Shown here in pieces: positions 38,961 through 52,700 of a stretch of DNA of 64,000 nt. The translations under genes were made by a program, and so were the position numbers. Source of the DNA: Scenedesmus sp. PABB004 (taxonomy: Eukaryota); contig JABVCE010000017.1 in NCBI GenBank assembly GCA_014905635.1, positions 310,001 to 374,000 on the forward strand. Direction: 5' to 3'. Within the stretch, counting starts at the first letter, position 1; each line of letters opens with the position of its first letter. A model generated the notes under the pieces. That model was not told where the DNA came from. It did not search any database and was given only the letters and a program-made list of their open reading frames with translations.

Positions 38961-41900
38961 GGCCGCGCCGCCCGGCGGCGGCGCCGCCCACGGCGCCGCG
39001 GAGCAGCAGAGCGACGTGTGGCAGTTGTACTTCAGTCTGTGCTGGGAGCCCCGTATCGGCGGCATGCTGGGCGAGGGCTGGCGGGACAGCTATCCTAGCG
39101 ACCTGGCGGCGCTGCTGCTGTGGGCGGGGCTGAGCCAGGCGGCGGCGCACACGCGCGTCGCCGCGAGCGGCGACGCCGCGACCGCGGCGGCCGCGGCCGC
39201 GCAGCTGCTCGAGTGCCAGGCGCTGCTGACGTCGGCGATGGCGTCGGGCGGCGCCGCCGCCGTGGCAGACGCGGCGGGCGGGATGACGCCAGAGGAGCTG
39301 GTGCGGGCGGGGCCGTCCGCGCTCGCGTCGCTGCCGAGCCTGCGCGGCGGCGGGCGGCCGGTGCTGCAGGCGGGCGGCGGCGCGGCCGCGGCGGCGTGGG
39401 GCGAGGCGGGGCCCGGCTTTGCGGCCGGCAGCCCGACCAAGCGCAAGAGCCGGCACGCCGCCCGGCGCGGCGGCGGCGGCGCAGCCGCGCCGGCGGCGGC
39501 GGCCGGCGGTGGCGGAAGCGCCGCCAGCAGCCCCTACCGCTTTGGCGCCGCCGCCGCCAGCAGCAGCACCAGCAGCAGCGAGGCGCCACTGCCGGTGGAC
39601 CAGGCCGGGCTCGTGCGCTTTGGCGCGCAGCCGGCGGCGGCTGCGCCAGCAGCAACTGGCGCTGCAAGCAGTGGTGCTGCAGCGCCGGCGCCTGCAGCCG
39701 GCAGCGAGCCCAGCGGCGGCAAGCCGGGCGGCGCCAGCGAGCCCAGCAGCGGCAGCGAGCCCGGCGGCAGCAGCGCAGCGTCGTTTGACATCGTGCGCGA
39801 GCTGCAGGAGGAGCTCAAAGCGCAGCTGACCGCCGCGCCTGCTGAGCCGGGCGCGGAGCAGCGCAGCGCGGCTGCGCCGGCGCCGGCTGCAGGCGCGCCG
39901 GCGGCGACGGCCGGCAGCAGCGGCAGCGCCGGCGCTTCGGCGCCCGCGTCTGCGCCTGAGCAGGCGGCGCCGAGCAGCTCCACCGGCCCTGCGGCAGCGG
40001 CCGCGCCGCCGGCGGCGCAGGAGCTGGCGCCGCCCCCGCCGACCAGCCAGCAGGGCGGCGGCGGCGGGCAGGAGCCGCCCGCGCCGCCCGCGCCGCCCGC
40101 GCCGCGCCGCCGCGCGCCGCCGCGCGCGCGCGCAGCGGCGCGGCGCCAAAGCCGCCGCCGGCGGCGGCGCGCGGCGGGCTGCGGCAGGGCATGGTGGCGA
40201 CGAGCGTCGGGCTGAGCCCGCTGCACGTCGCGGCCGCGGCGGGGCGCGTCGACGTGCTGCAGTGGCTCTCCTGGGCGGGCTGCCCCGTCAATGAGCCGCT
40301 GCTGATCGACGTGCCGCTGCAGGACGCGCTCGCGCTCAGCATGGCCACCGCGGCCGGCGGCGGCAAGGACGGCCGCGCCAAGGGCGGCGGCGCCGGCAGC
40401 GTCGCGCTCGCGGTGCAGCTCGCGGCGCGCGCGGCGACGGCGGCGCACGCGGAGCCGGCGCAGCAGGCGAAGCGGCTGCGGCGCTGCGCGGACGGGCTGC
40501 TCGCCGCCGTGGGCGGTGGCGCCGCGCGGCCGCCGGCGCGGCCGCAGCGGCTGCTGCTGCCGCGCGACGCGCTCGCGGGCTGGGCGCTCGGCGGCGCGCA
40601 GTGCACGAGCGCGGGCGCAACGCCGCTGCACGTGGCCGCATGCTACGGGCAGGTCGGCGCGGTGGAGACGCTGCTGCGGCTGCCTGGTGTCGACGTCAAT
40701 GCCACCACCGCCCAGGGCTGGACGGCGCTGCACGTCGCGGCGAGCCTGGGGCACGAGGGTGAGCGCGCCGCGCCGCGGCGGCAAGCTGGCAGCGGTGGCG
40801 GTGGGCGCCTCGCGCGGGGTCGCGCGCGCTCGCACGCTCACGCGCACGTCATGCCGCCCCGCCCCCGCGCGCCGCGCCCGCAGCCGTGGCGGCGGTGCTC
40901 GCGCGCGCGCCCGGCGTCGCGCTGGCCGCGGCCGACGCGTCCGGCGCGACGCCGCTGCACCACGCCGCCGCGGGCGGGTGGTGGGCCGTCGTTGAGGTGC
41001 TGTGGCCGCTGCGCGGCGTCGCGCTGGACGCCGCCGACGGCGCGGGGCGCACCGCGCTGCACCTCGCCGCCGCGGGCGGGCACGCCGCCGTCGCGGGCCG
41101 GCTCATCATCGCCGGCGCCGCGACGGGCAAGCCCGACGCCAACGGCATGGCCCCGCTGCACCTCGCGGCATACAACGGCCACAACGACATCATCGGCAAG
41201 CTGCTCCTCGCCGGCGCCGACGCGGCGGCCGGCGTCGGCAGCGGCGACGGTGGCAGTGGCGGCAGCGGCGCCGGCGACGGCGGTGGCTGCGGCAGCGAGG
41301 ACGGCGCCGGCGGCGGCGGTGACGGCGCCGCCGCGCCGGCGCTCGCGGTCGGCCCCGGCGGCCTGCTCTCGTGGCGGGGCGGCCGCTGCACCTGCTGCTG
41401 CGAGGACGTTGACGCGATCACGCGCCGCCTAGCCGACGCGGCGGCGCGGCTCGCGCCTGGCGGCGACGGCGGCGGCGGCGGTCGCGGGAGCGGCGGCGGG
41501 AGCGGTGCGGCGCTCTGCGACGAGGCCGGGCCGCCGGAGCCGGAGAGCGAGCCCAGCGAGTCGGAGAGCCCGCTCGCGAGCGGCGCCGGCGCCGACGACG
41601 GCGCTGGCCGCGCCGCGCTGCCGCGCTGGCCCGACCCGGAGGTGCTGTGCCTGCGCGGCGCGACCGCGCTGCACCTCGCGGCCGCGGGCGGACACGCCGA
41701 CACGGTCGCCGCGCTGCTGGACGCCGGCGCGGACGACGACGCGCCCGACGGCGCGGGCGCGGCGTCCGTCGCCGTCGCGGCGGGCGCCGGCGCGGTCGCG
41801 GCGCTGCAGGTGCTGCTCGAGCGCCAGCTCGCGGCCACGCCGCCGGGCGGCGCCGGCGACGCCGCCGACGCCGCGCAGTGCGAGTGGTGGCGGCAGCTGC

Positions 41901-43215
41901 TGCTGCGCCGCGACGGGCGCGGGCGCTGCGCGCTGCACCTCGCCGCGTACAGCGGGTGCCTTGCGGCGTGGGACTTTGCGTTGGAGGTCATCGGCGTGCT
42001 GGGGCCCTCGACGGCAGCGAGGCGGCGCTCGCGGCCAACGTGGCGGCGGTGCTGCGCCGCGCCGGCGACGCGCGCGACGGCCGCGGCCTGCTCCACTTTG
42101 CCGCGCAGGGCGGCTGCCCGGAGGTCGTGGAGAGCCTGCTGGAGCTGCTGCCGCCGCCGGCGGCGGCGCGGGCGGCGCGGCGGGCGGGCGGCTGCCGTGG
42201 CACCTCGCCGCCGAGCGGGTGCGCGCCCCGCCCGCGCGGCGCCGCCGGACGCCGCCGCCGCCGCTGCCGCCGATGCCGCCGCGCGACGCCCGCTCACTCC
42301 TGCACTACCTCGCTCGGCTGCCCCGCCCTGCCCCCGCGCCGCAGGGCCACGCGGGCGTGATGGCGCTGCTGCTGCGCCACGGCGCCGCGGGCGAGGTCGA
42401 CGCGCCCGACGGCGGCGGCGCGACCGCGCTGCACCTCGCCGCCGCGGGCGGGCACGCGTCGGCGGTGCGGGTGCTGCTGAGCGCTGGCGCCGACCCGGCG
42501 CGCGCCGCGCGCGGCAGCGGCGCGAGCGCCCTGCACTGCGCGGCGGCGGGCGGCATGCTGCGTGCCGCGCGCGCCGCCGGCGCGGCCGGCGAGGGCCCGG
42601 GGCCGGGCTTTGCCTGCGGCATTGACCTGGCCGCGGCGGCCGACAGCGGCGGCGCTGGGCCGTCCGCTGGGCTCACACCCACCATCTCGGCGCTCCTGGA
42701 GGCCGGCGCGCCGGCCAGCCAGCGCGACGCGGCCGGCTGGCAGCCGCTGCACTGGGCGGTCGCGCGCGGCTGCCGCTGCGACGCGGAGCTGCTCCTCGCG
42801 GCGACGCGCGCCGCGGACGGCAGCGGCGGCGGCGGCGGCGGCGGCGACGGCGCGCTGAGCGGCGCTGCAGGGCGGCAGGGCTGGGCTCCGCTGCACGTTG
42901 CCGTGCTCATGGGCCGGCGCAGCATGGTCAAGCTCCTGCTGGAGCAGCAGCCGGGCAGCGAGGCGGAGCTGCCGGACGCGGCAGGCCTGGCGCCGCTGCA
43001 CTACGCCGCGGCCGCCGGCCGCGCCGACCTGTTTGCGCTGCTGCAGCGCGGCAGGCCCTGGCGCGCCGCCGGCGCCGACGGCGGCGGTGGCGGCGGCGAG
43101 GCCGCGCGGCAGCTGCTGGTGCTCGCGGCCGCGTCGGGCAGCGCCGAGCTCGTGCGCCTGCTGCTGGACGGCGGCGCCGCGGAGGCGGACGACCCTGCGC
43201 CGCGCAGCAGCGCCG

Positions 43216-43250
<35 letters not shown>

Positions 43251-46080
43251 AGGGACAACGCGCTGCACGTGGCCTGCCGCTACGGCCACCGCGGCGTTGC
43301 GGCGCTGCTGCTGAGCCACGGCTACGCCGCCAACGCGCCCGGCGCGGGCGGCCGCACGCCGCTGCTGCTGGCGGCCGCGGGCGGCGCGGCGGTGCACTCG
43401 CCGCCGTGCGGCGGCGGCGGCGGCGGGGCGGGGGCGGCAGCGGATGCGGCGCCGGCGGCGCTGCCCGCCACGCACCCGGCGGTGCTCGCGGGCGCGCTCG
43501 GCGTGCGCCCGTCGGCGGCGCTCGCCGTCGCGGCGGCGGCCGGCGCCGCGCGCGCCGCGGGCGCCGCCGCGCGTGCCGGCCTCTGCGCCGACCTCACGGC
43601 CGCAGGCGCCGACCTGCGCACGGTCGACGCGGCCGGCAGCAGCGTGGCGATGTGCGCCGCGGCGGGGGGCCTGGTGGCGCTGCTCGATGCCGCCGTCGCA
43701 GGCGGCGGCGACGTGCGCGCGCCGCTGCGCGCCGCCGACGCGGCGGGCTGGACGGCGCTGCACTGGGCCGCCGCTGGCGGGCATGAGGCGGCGGTGCGGC
43801 GGCTGCTGGAGCTGGACCCGCCCGCGGCCGCTGCCGGTGGCGGCGGCGGCGCGCCGAGCGGGGGCCGGCAGCGCTGCAGCCCGACGCGTCGGGCCGGCTG
43901 CCGCTGCACCTCGCGGCGGCCGGCGGGCACCTGCCCGCCGTGTCGGCGCTGGCGGCGGCGCTCAACGCCGCGGGGGTGAGCCCGCGCGCGCCGCGCGCGC
44001 GGCCGCCTCGCGCCGCGCGCCCTTCCGAGCGCCCGCTCACCGCGCCGCCGCCTGTCTGCCCGTCTGTTCACCACAGGTCGACCTGCACACACCCGACCGC
44101 TCCGGCCTCACGGCGACGCAGCTGGCGGCCAACTGCCACCACCTCGCTGTAGTCGCGCTGCTGTTGGAGTCGGGGCAGGCCGGCGGCGCCGCCGGCGCGG
44201 GGTCGGCGTGCACCTGCACCTGCGGGCACCAGCACCACCATCACCACGGCGCCGGCGGCGCGGCCGGCGCGCCGCAGGGCGCCGCCGGCGCAGACGCTGG
44301 GCAGGCGGCGCTGGGCGCCGACGGCGCGGCCGCGGCCGCGGCCGCGGCGCACGCGCTGGCCGGCGACGGCGCGGCAGCAGGCGCCGGCGGCGTCAAGCCG
44401 GGCGCCGCAAGCGGCAGCACCGCGCTGCACCTGGCTGTGCGGAGCGGGCTGGAGTCTGTGGTGGTTCAGCTGCTGTCGGTGCCGGGCGTGCACCCCAACC
44501 AGCCAGACGCGCAGGGCAACACACCCCTGCATCTCGCGGCCGCGCCGCCGCCGGCGCCGCAGCCGGTGCTGGCGCAGCAGCCGGTGCCGGCGCAGCCGCC
44601 AGCGGCGGCGGTGGGCGCCTGCGGCGGCGGGCTGAGCCTGCTGCAGCAGCTGCTGGCGGCGGGCGCGCGAGTGGACGCGGCCGCGGCGGACGGGTCGACG
44701 CCGCTGCACCGCGCCGCGGCGTCGGGGTCGGCCGAGGCGGTGGCCCTGCTGCTGCGCGCGCCCGGCGCCGCGGCGGCGGCGCTGGCCAAGGCCGACGGCG
44801 GCAACACGCCGCTCCACCTCGCCGCGGCGGGCGGCCACGCGGCGGCGGTGTCGGCGCTGCTCGCGGCCGCGGGCGCGCCGCCCGAGCTCGCCGGGCTCGG
44901 GCGCCGAGCGCTGACCGAGGCGGCCAACGCGTCGGGGCAGACGGCGCTGCACCTCGCCGCGGCGGCGGGCGCCGTGGACGCCGTCGCGGCGCTCGCGGCG
45001 GGCGGCGCCGACGTCGACGCCGCGGCCGGCGCGGAGGGCGTGCCGCTGCACGCGGCCGCCGCGGCCGGCAGCGCGGGCGCCGTCGCCGCACTGCTGTCGG
45101 CGGGCGCCGACCCCGACGCCGCCGCGAGCGGCAGCGGCGCGACGCCGCTGCACGTCGCGATTGCTGAGGCGCGCCTGCCCGCCGCCGAGGCGCTGCTCGC
45201 CGGCGGCGCCGAGCCCGACGCGCTCAACGCCGCCGGCGCGGCGCCGATCCACCTCGCCGCGAGCCGGGGCTGCCTCGGCGGCGTCGCGGCGCTGCTGCGC
45301 GGCGGCGCCGACCCCAACGCGCGCAACGCCAAGGGCTGGGGCCCCGTGCACGTGGCCGCGAGCGGCGGGCACCTGGACATCGTGCTGCGCCTCGTCGCCG
45401 GCGGCGCGGCGTGGCGCGGCGGGCGCGGCGCCGGCAGCGCGCCGCCCGACGCCGACGTCGTCCGCCTCCTCGTGCGAAAGGGCAGCTATAAGGCGAGCTA
45501 CCTGGAGGGGCGGCTGCGGCTGGCGGAGCGCGAGCGCGCGCGCGGCGCGCGGGCGCGCGGCGGCGCCGACGGCGCGGACGCGCCGGCGGCGGCGGCGCCT
45601 GCAGCGGCGCGGCGCGGCGCCGGCGCGGGCGGCGACGGCGGCGAGCCCGGCGCGCCCGCGGCGGCCGGCGGCGGCGCGGCGCAGCAGGCGGGCGGCGCCG
45701 ACGGGCCGCGGCGCGGCGGCGACGGTGGCTCGGACGCGCTGCTGGACGCGGCTGCGGCGGCGGACGCCAACATGGCGCTGCTGCTGCAGGAGGAGGCGGC
45801 GGCGGCGCGCGCGGCCGAGGCAGAGGCGGCGAAGCGCCAGGCACGCAAGGACAAGAAAGCGGCCAAGCGCCAGGCGGCCGCTGCCGAGGCGGCCGCGGCG
45901 GAGCAGGAGGAGCGCGCGCGCGCCGAGGCCGAGGCCGAGGCAGCCGCCGCGGCCGAGGCGGCTGCGGCGGCAGCGCGCGAGGCCGAGGCGGCGGCGCGCC
46001 GCGCGGCGGCAGAGGAGGAGCGCCAGCGCGCGGAGGAGCAGCAGCGCGCCGCGGCGGCAGCGGCGCAGAAGGGGCGCCAG

Positions 46081-46135
<55 letters not shown>

Positions 46136-47984
46136 CGGCCGCGGCCCACCAGCCGGCTGCGGATCAGCAGCAGCCGCAGCAGCAACGGCAGGCCAAGGCC
46201 GGCGGCAAGGCGGCGACCGCCGGCGGCAAGCAGCCAGAGCCCGCCAAGGCCAGCAAGCGCGCCGGTGTGACGGCCAAGGTCGTGGCCAGCTCCGGCGCCG
46301 CCGCCGCGCCACCCGCTGCGGCCGCCGCGCCCGGCAAGGGCGCCGGCGGCAAGCAGCAGGCGGCTGCCGCTGGCGGCGGCGGCGGCGGCGGCGGGACCAA
46401 GGCCGCGGGCAGTGCCGCGGCGTCGCCCGCACCCGCCGGCACCAGCAAGGTCCTGGTCGTTCCCCGCCCCGCGCCGCCGGGCGCGGCCGCCAGGAGCCCC
46501 GCCGCCGCTGACGCGGGCAAGGCGGGCGCGGCCAAGGCCCGCGGCGGCGCGCCGGCCGCCGGCAGGCAGCCGGCCGCCTCGCCCGCGCCTGAGGCGCCCG
46601 CGGCGCGCTCGGCGCCACGCAATGCGGCGGCGGCGCCAGCGGCGTCGGCCGCGGCGCGGATTGTCGGGGGCGCCGCGGAGCTGGCGGCGACGCTGAGGGC
46701 GGAGCTGGGCGGCGAGCAGCTGCAGCCGCAGCACGCGCGGCCGGCGTCGGCCTTCAGCTCCCCCGCGCCCGCGCTCGCGGCGCCCGCGTCCGCGCCGCAG
46801 TCGCCGGCGCCGTGGGCGGGCGGCGCCAGCAGCGCGCCCGGCGGGGGCCTGGCGCCAGTGAGCAGCGCATACCGCGCGCCGCCGCCGGCCGGCGGGGGCG
46901 CGAGCAGCTGGCGCAACGGCAGCCCGCTGCACGCGGCGCCGTTTGGTGCTAGCCCGGGCGGCGGCCTGCTCTCTAGCAGCGCGCCGGGCGGTGGCAGCAG
47001 CCCCGCGCAGCTGCCGGCGCACCTGCAGGCGCTCGGCGGCCGGGGCCCCTCCATTCTCGGGCCCCAAGCGGCCGCCGGCGCGTCCCGCCAGCCCGCGTCC
47101 ACGCTGGGGCAGCAGCTGCTGCAGCAGCAGGCGGGCGCGGCCGCGAGCGCGGGCGACGCGCCGACCGCCTGGGGCGGTCCCGGCGGCCGGCCGCCCGGCT
47201 TTGACGCCGCGCCCGGCGCGGGCGTGGGGCGCAGCCGCAGCCTGCCGCGCGCGGGCTCGTCCGGCAGCCTCGGCGCGTCCGGCGCCGGCAGCTTTGGCGC
47301 CGGCGCCGGCGCCGGCGCGCTGCCGCCCGGCAGCCTGGGCGGCAGCCTGGCCGGCAGCTTCACCGGCGGCGGCATCTGGTCGTACCTGCCCGGCGGCGGC
47401 GGCGGCGGCAGCCCGCTCGCGTCGGCGGCGGCGGCGCGCGCCGCCGCGCGCGTGCTGTTCCCGGCGGCGCCGCCAGCGACGGCGGCGCCGCGCCCGTCGA
47501 CGGCGGCGCCGCGCCCGGCGGCGCGCGCAGCAGCAGCGGCGACGGCGGCAGCGGCGGCGGCAGCGCCCGCACGGGCGGCGCCGCCAGCGGCGCGAGCAGC
47601 GCGAGCGACAGCCCGCGCGGCGCCGGCGCCGGCGCGGCGGCTGCCACGCTCGGCGGCAGCCCCGCGGCGCCGCCGCCGCCGCTCGGCGCCGCCGGCGCCG
47701 GCTTTGCGCCGCCGGCGCCGCTCGCGCCGTCGGCGCTCGCGGCGCTCGCGGCGCCGCCGCGCGGCGGCGAGCCCGACGTCCCGGCGCACTTCCGCTGCCC
47801 GCTCAGCCGGCGCGTGATGACCGACCCGGTGATGGCGCCCGACGGCCACACCTACGAGCGCGCCACGATCGAGGCGTGGCTCGCGGCGCACGGGTCGAGC
47901 CCCGCCGCGCCGGGCGCGCCGATGGCGGCGGCCGACCTGGTGCCAAACCTCACCATGCGCGTGATGCTTGCGATGTACCGGTGA
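38317..47984 (+). CDS. Very large ankyrin-repeat protein with a C-terminal U-box (putative E3 ubiquitin ligase)
   Basis: About 30 (T/A)(P/A)LHxAA ankyrin motifs from ~40200 to 45400, a coiled-coil/polyQ segment, then a U-box read directly from the DNA (PAHFRCPLSRRVMTDPVMAPDGHTYERATIEAWL..DLVPN) with TGA at 47982-47984. Three introns and several frame changes. The start could be 38317 or 38338. Confidence 0.8.
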
Positions 47985-48351
47985 GAGGCGCTGCGAGCTG
48001 TGGAGAGGCAGTGCCCCGGTGAGGCGGCGATGCTGCGGTGATCTGGCAGTGCGGCGTGCGCAGCGAGGCGCAGGCTAGCGAGGCAGGCACGGTCGGGGGC
48101 GGGCGGGCGCGGGCTGTGTGACAGTGGCAGGTAGCAGGCAGCGGCTGTTCAGGGGCGCTCGTGTGCAGGCAGGCAGGCGGGGCACGCGCGTGTACAGGTG
48201 CTGGCGCGCGCGCGGGGCACGAGAGGGGAGAGCTCTGCGGAGCGGCCCGGGCGGGGCCCAGGCCCCGACCCGGGGCCGGCGTGATTAGACCCCGTGCTGT
48301 GTGGCGGCGAAGCGGAGTAATCGGAGGCCGCCCCGCGTCGGCGCCGGGCTG

Positions 48352-48356
48352 TTACA
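48352..48356 (-). promoter_or_regulatory. Candidate poly(A) signal TGTAA for the MATE gene
   Basis: ttaca on the + strand, ~310 bp downstream of the MATE stop. Confidence 0.4.
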
Positions 48357-48664
48357 CAGACGGGCAGCCGCCGCACTGGGGGGCTGCGTTCCGAGGGCGC
48401 GCGCGCGCTCGCGCTGCGCGCGCCGGTGTCGGCGCAGCGCGCCGTCCGCAGCAACAGGGATTGGGTTCACGCCTGGCTAGCTCCGCCCCAGCGCCCGCTC
48501 CGCACACGCCCCGCCGCCCGCTGGGACGGGCGGCGCACCGCGCGCGTCGCAACTGATCACCACAGCACGCGCCCCACAGCAGCAGAGGGAGGGGGGCGGC
48601 CGCTCGAAGGGGAGGGAGGGGGCGGGTCCTGCCGCCGCGCCGGGCGGGGCGCCCTGCCGCTCGC

Positions 48665-49379
48665 TCACGGCAGCAGGCGGCCGAGCTCGGGCGACCCAGC
48701 CTTGATCAGGCCGCCCTTGTCGCCGCCGTGGCCGCGGCTCGCGAGGTCCTGCGCGCCGCAAAGGCGGGCGGGCAGCGGCCGCCGCGCGCGCGTGAGCGCG
48801 CCTGGCACGCGAGCACTGCGCGCGTAGCTCCCCGGGGGAGGGGGGGGGTGCACCGGCGCCGCGGCCACGCGCGCGGCAACGCGCGCGCGCGCGCGCCCGC
48901 GCACCTGGCGCGCGGTGCTGCGCCGCCCGACCGCGCCCGCGAGGTCGGCGCCCTTGTCGTGCCCGTCGCCGCCCGGGTCGTCCGCCTCGTGCGCCTGCGG
49001 CGGCGCGGCGGGGCGGCGGCGGCGGGGCGGCGGCGCGGCGGGGCTCAACCACGGCAGCCAGAGCGCGCACCCCGCAGCCGTCGATGCAGCCGCCGCTGCA
49101 CCAAAAACCCAAGCATCGAAGTCCAAACTCCTCCGTCGCCGCCTTGGTCCCCCCCCGGGCCTCAACCCTCAACCCTCAACCCCAAGCCGTAAGCCCTAAA
49201 ACCCTGGACCCACCTGGAGGAGCCCAAACTTCTCCGCCTCCTTGGCGCCGCCGCCGTGGCCGTCGTACGGGTCCTCGTCCTCCAGCAGCAGCTCCCCCGC
49301 CGCGACGAGCGCCTTGGCGCGCGCCGCCTCCTCGACCCAGTTGAACCTGGGGTTTAGGGCGGGGAGCGTGCAGGGGTTT

Positions 49380-49466
<87 letters not shown>

Positions 49467-49720
49467 GGGAGGCGGGGCGACGAGCGCGAGGGCCCGGCGC
49501 GCCGCGACGCCGAGGCTCGTGCAGCCCCCCAGACCCCGAGACCCCGTTAAAACTGCCCTGAAACCCCAGGACCCCCCGCGCGCGCGGGGCAGCAGCGGTC
49601 CAAGTGCGGCGACTTCACGCATGCGAGCAGGTCAAGCTGCCGGTGTGCGTGAAGCCGCCGCACCTGGACTGCAGTGCTGCCCCGCACGTGCCAGCCGCCC
49701 GGCGCGTACGACGCCCCGGC

Positions 49721-49755
<35 letters not shown>

Positions 49756-52700
49756 CTGCTGCTGCTGCTGGCGCTGGCGCTGGCGCCCCTGCTGCTGCAA
49801 AACCCCTGCTGCCCTACGCCCCAACACCCCGTCCAACCCTGAACCCCGCCAAGCCCCGCGCACTTGAAGACCGTGAGCGTCATCAGCAGCGCCTGCAGGC
49901 TCGCGGTGCACGCGAGGCCCGTCCACAGCCCCAGGGCGCCGAGGCCGCCCGGGAAGGCGAGCAGGCAGGCGATGGGCAGCCCAAACACCTGGCGGGGCAA
50001 GCGCGCGCGCGGGCGCACGGGCGGCGGCGGCGGGCCTGAGCGGCAGAGACAGCAGAGGCAAGGAGGGAGGGAGCTTGGAGGCGAGCGCCGCGCGCACGGC
50101 GGGCCGCATCGCCGCCCCCGCCCCGCGCTCCCGGCCCTCCTCTCGGCCCCTCCCCCGCCCGGCGATCGGCCTCAACACCCCCGCCCCAGCGCCCCGCGCG
50201 CCTACGCCCAGCCCCAAACCCGCCCTCCCTCTAAACCCTGCTAAACCCGCCCTCTAAACCCTAAACCCTCACCCAGTATGTGACGAGGTTGATGCTCGCC
50301 CCGATCTTCTGCCGCCCGCAGCCGCGCATGACGCCCGCGAGCACCGTGTTGGCGCCCTCGCCTGGGTTGAGGGGGGGAGGGGGGGGTGTTTTTGTGTGTG
50401 TGTGTGTGTGGGGGGGGGGGGCAGGGTGTGGTAGAGAAGGGCGTCAGCCAGAGCTAGCTTGCTCCGTGCTTCACCCCCCCCCTCCAACCACGCGCGCGCG
50501 CGCGCACCGACGAGCGAGACCGCGAGCGGCGGCACCGCCTGCGCGGTGAGCATCACCACGTCCGCCTCGCCGCTGAACAGCTTGCCCAGCTGGTGCCGCC
50601 CGAGCAGCAGCAGGCCGGACGAGGCGATCATCACCAGCGTCCCCATCAGCACCGCGACCTGGCGGGGCGGCGGCGAGAGGGTTTAGGGCGGGGCTTAGGG
50701 CGCGGCGGCGGGGTTTGAGCCGGGTTTAGGTGGTGAATTGAAAGGATTAGCCCAGCTGGCTTTTGAAGGAGCGCTCGGGCGTGATTGGGGGTGCGAGAGG
50801 GGGTCGGGAGGGCGCGGCGGCGGGGCGCGCGCAGCCGCAGCAGCCCTGCTGCCCCCCTCTCCCCAAAGAGAACCAGCCGCGCGCGCAGGTGCGCCCCGAG
50901 CCCCCCACCCGCCCCCGCCCGCACCCGCCCCCGCCGCGCACCTGCACGGTGAGCCAGGCCATGTGGGGCCGGCCGCCGCCGAGGTCGTTGCCCACGCGCG
51001 TCGACGCGGCGCCGCTGAGGCCGTGCGCCGCAAAGAAGCAGAGGGCGTGGATGTTGAACGTGATGCCCACTGGGACGGGGTTCAGGGTTCAGGCGTGCAG
51101 GGGCGGGGTTTAGTAGCGGCGGGGTTTAGAAGGGGCGGCGGGCGAGCGCGCGGGGCTGAGGCGGGGCGCAGCAGCGGGGGCCGGGGTCGGGAGGGGGCGC
51201 GCGGGCGTGCAGCGGCGCGCGCCCCGGCGACGGGGGCCCCAGCCGCCGCCGCCGCCGCCGCCGCCGCCCGGCGCAGCGCCTCCCCGGCTGCACAGGGTCC
51301 AGCGCGCCGGCCCTCCCCTGCACGGCGCCCCCAGGGGCCCGCGCTAAACCCCGCCGCCGCCGCTCACTCATAGACATCGTCTGCTCCGGGTTGGGCAGCA
51401 GCCCCGACAGCATCACAATGACCTCAAACGTCCACCAGTCGAGGCCTGCGGCCGGGGTTAGGGCGCGCGGCACGGCCGGGGTTTAGGCGGCGGCGGGCGG
51501 CTGCGGCGGGAGGGGGCGCGCGCGGTGGGGCAGCAGGCCGCGCCGCCGCCGCCGCGCCGGCAGCCGGGGGCGCGCGCGGCTGCAACCGCAGGCCGCCGCA
51601 GGCCGCGCCGCGCCGCGCCGGCAGCCGGCGCGCCGCCTGCAGGCGGACAAAACACACACACAGAAGAACGCAAAACGTAACACAATCTCCCGCTGCCTCA
51701 CAGATCATGACGCAGGAGGGGATGGCCATGCGGACGTATGTCCCCCAGTCGCGCAGCGCCTCGGACGTCCAGCCGGGCCAGGTGCAGCGCCCCGGCTCCT
51801 GCGCGCGCGTGTGCAGCACGCAGCAGCAGACCATCAGCCCCAGCGACGTCGCCTGCACCGCGTCCCACGCGACCGCCGCGCCGAGCAGGCCCAGCCCCAG
51901 CCTGCGGGGTCGGCGGCGCGCCGGCGGCGGCGGCGGGGGCTGAGCGCGGGGGAGCCGGCGGGGACTGAGGCGCGCGCGCCAACCCTCACCCTGCCGACGC
52001 TCCGCCGGCGCGCCGCCCGCGCCCCCAAAAACCCCGCCGCGCCCCCAACCCCTAAACCCTTGACCCCCGCTGCTCACTTGGCGACGAAGAGCCAGAGGAA
52101 CAGGGGCGTGAGCAGCGTGGCGATGAGTGTGACGAGCATCAGCGGCTGCACCACCGCCTGCGGCCGCGGGGTTTAAGTTGGCAGCAGTTGAACCGCGGGC
52201 GTAAGGCAAACCCCGCGGGCAGCGCACGCGCGGTTTTGAGGGCCCAGAGCAAGCGAGATTGGAGGGGGGGGGGTCGAGCGCTGGGCGCTGCGTGCGCGTG
52301 AGGAGCGCTGGCGCGAGGGCGGGCGGCGCCGCCGCCTGCCCAGCCCCCGGCTCCCTCCCTCCAACCCTACTTAAACCCCGCGCGCGCCTGCGCCGAGAGG
52401 TAGCGCCGGCAGCACTGGTCTGCCGCGTCCATGAAGAGCGCCGGCGCGAGCGCGAGCGTGAAGCGCGCGGCCGAGGCCGAGATGGTGGGGTCCTGGGGGC
52501 GGCGGGGTTTGGGGTTGGTTGTCGACCGGGGGTTGGGAGGGGTCGGGGCCGGGGGCCGGTCAGTGGCGCGCGCGCGAGGGCGCGGCGGCTGGCAACGTGG
52601 GCGCGACGCCCGCGCGCGAGCGCGCGCCGCTCGAGCGCGCGCCGCTCGAGCGCCGCCGCCGCCGCGGCCGCCGCCGCCGCCGCGCACCTGGCCCATCGCC

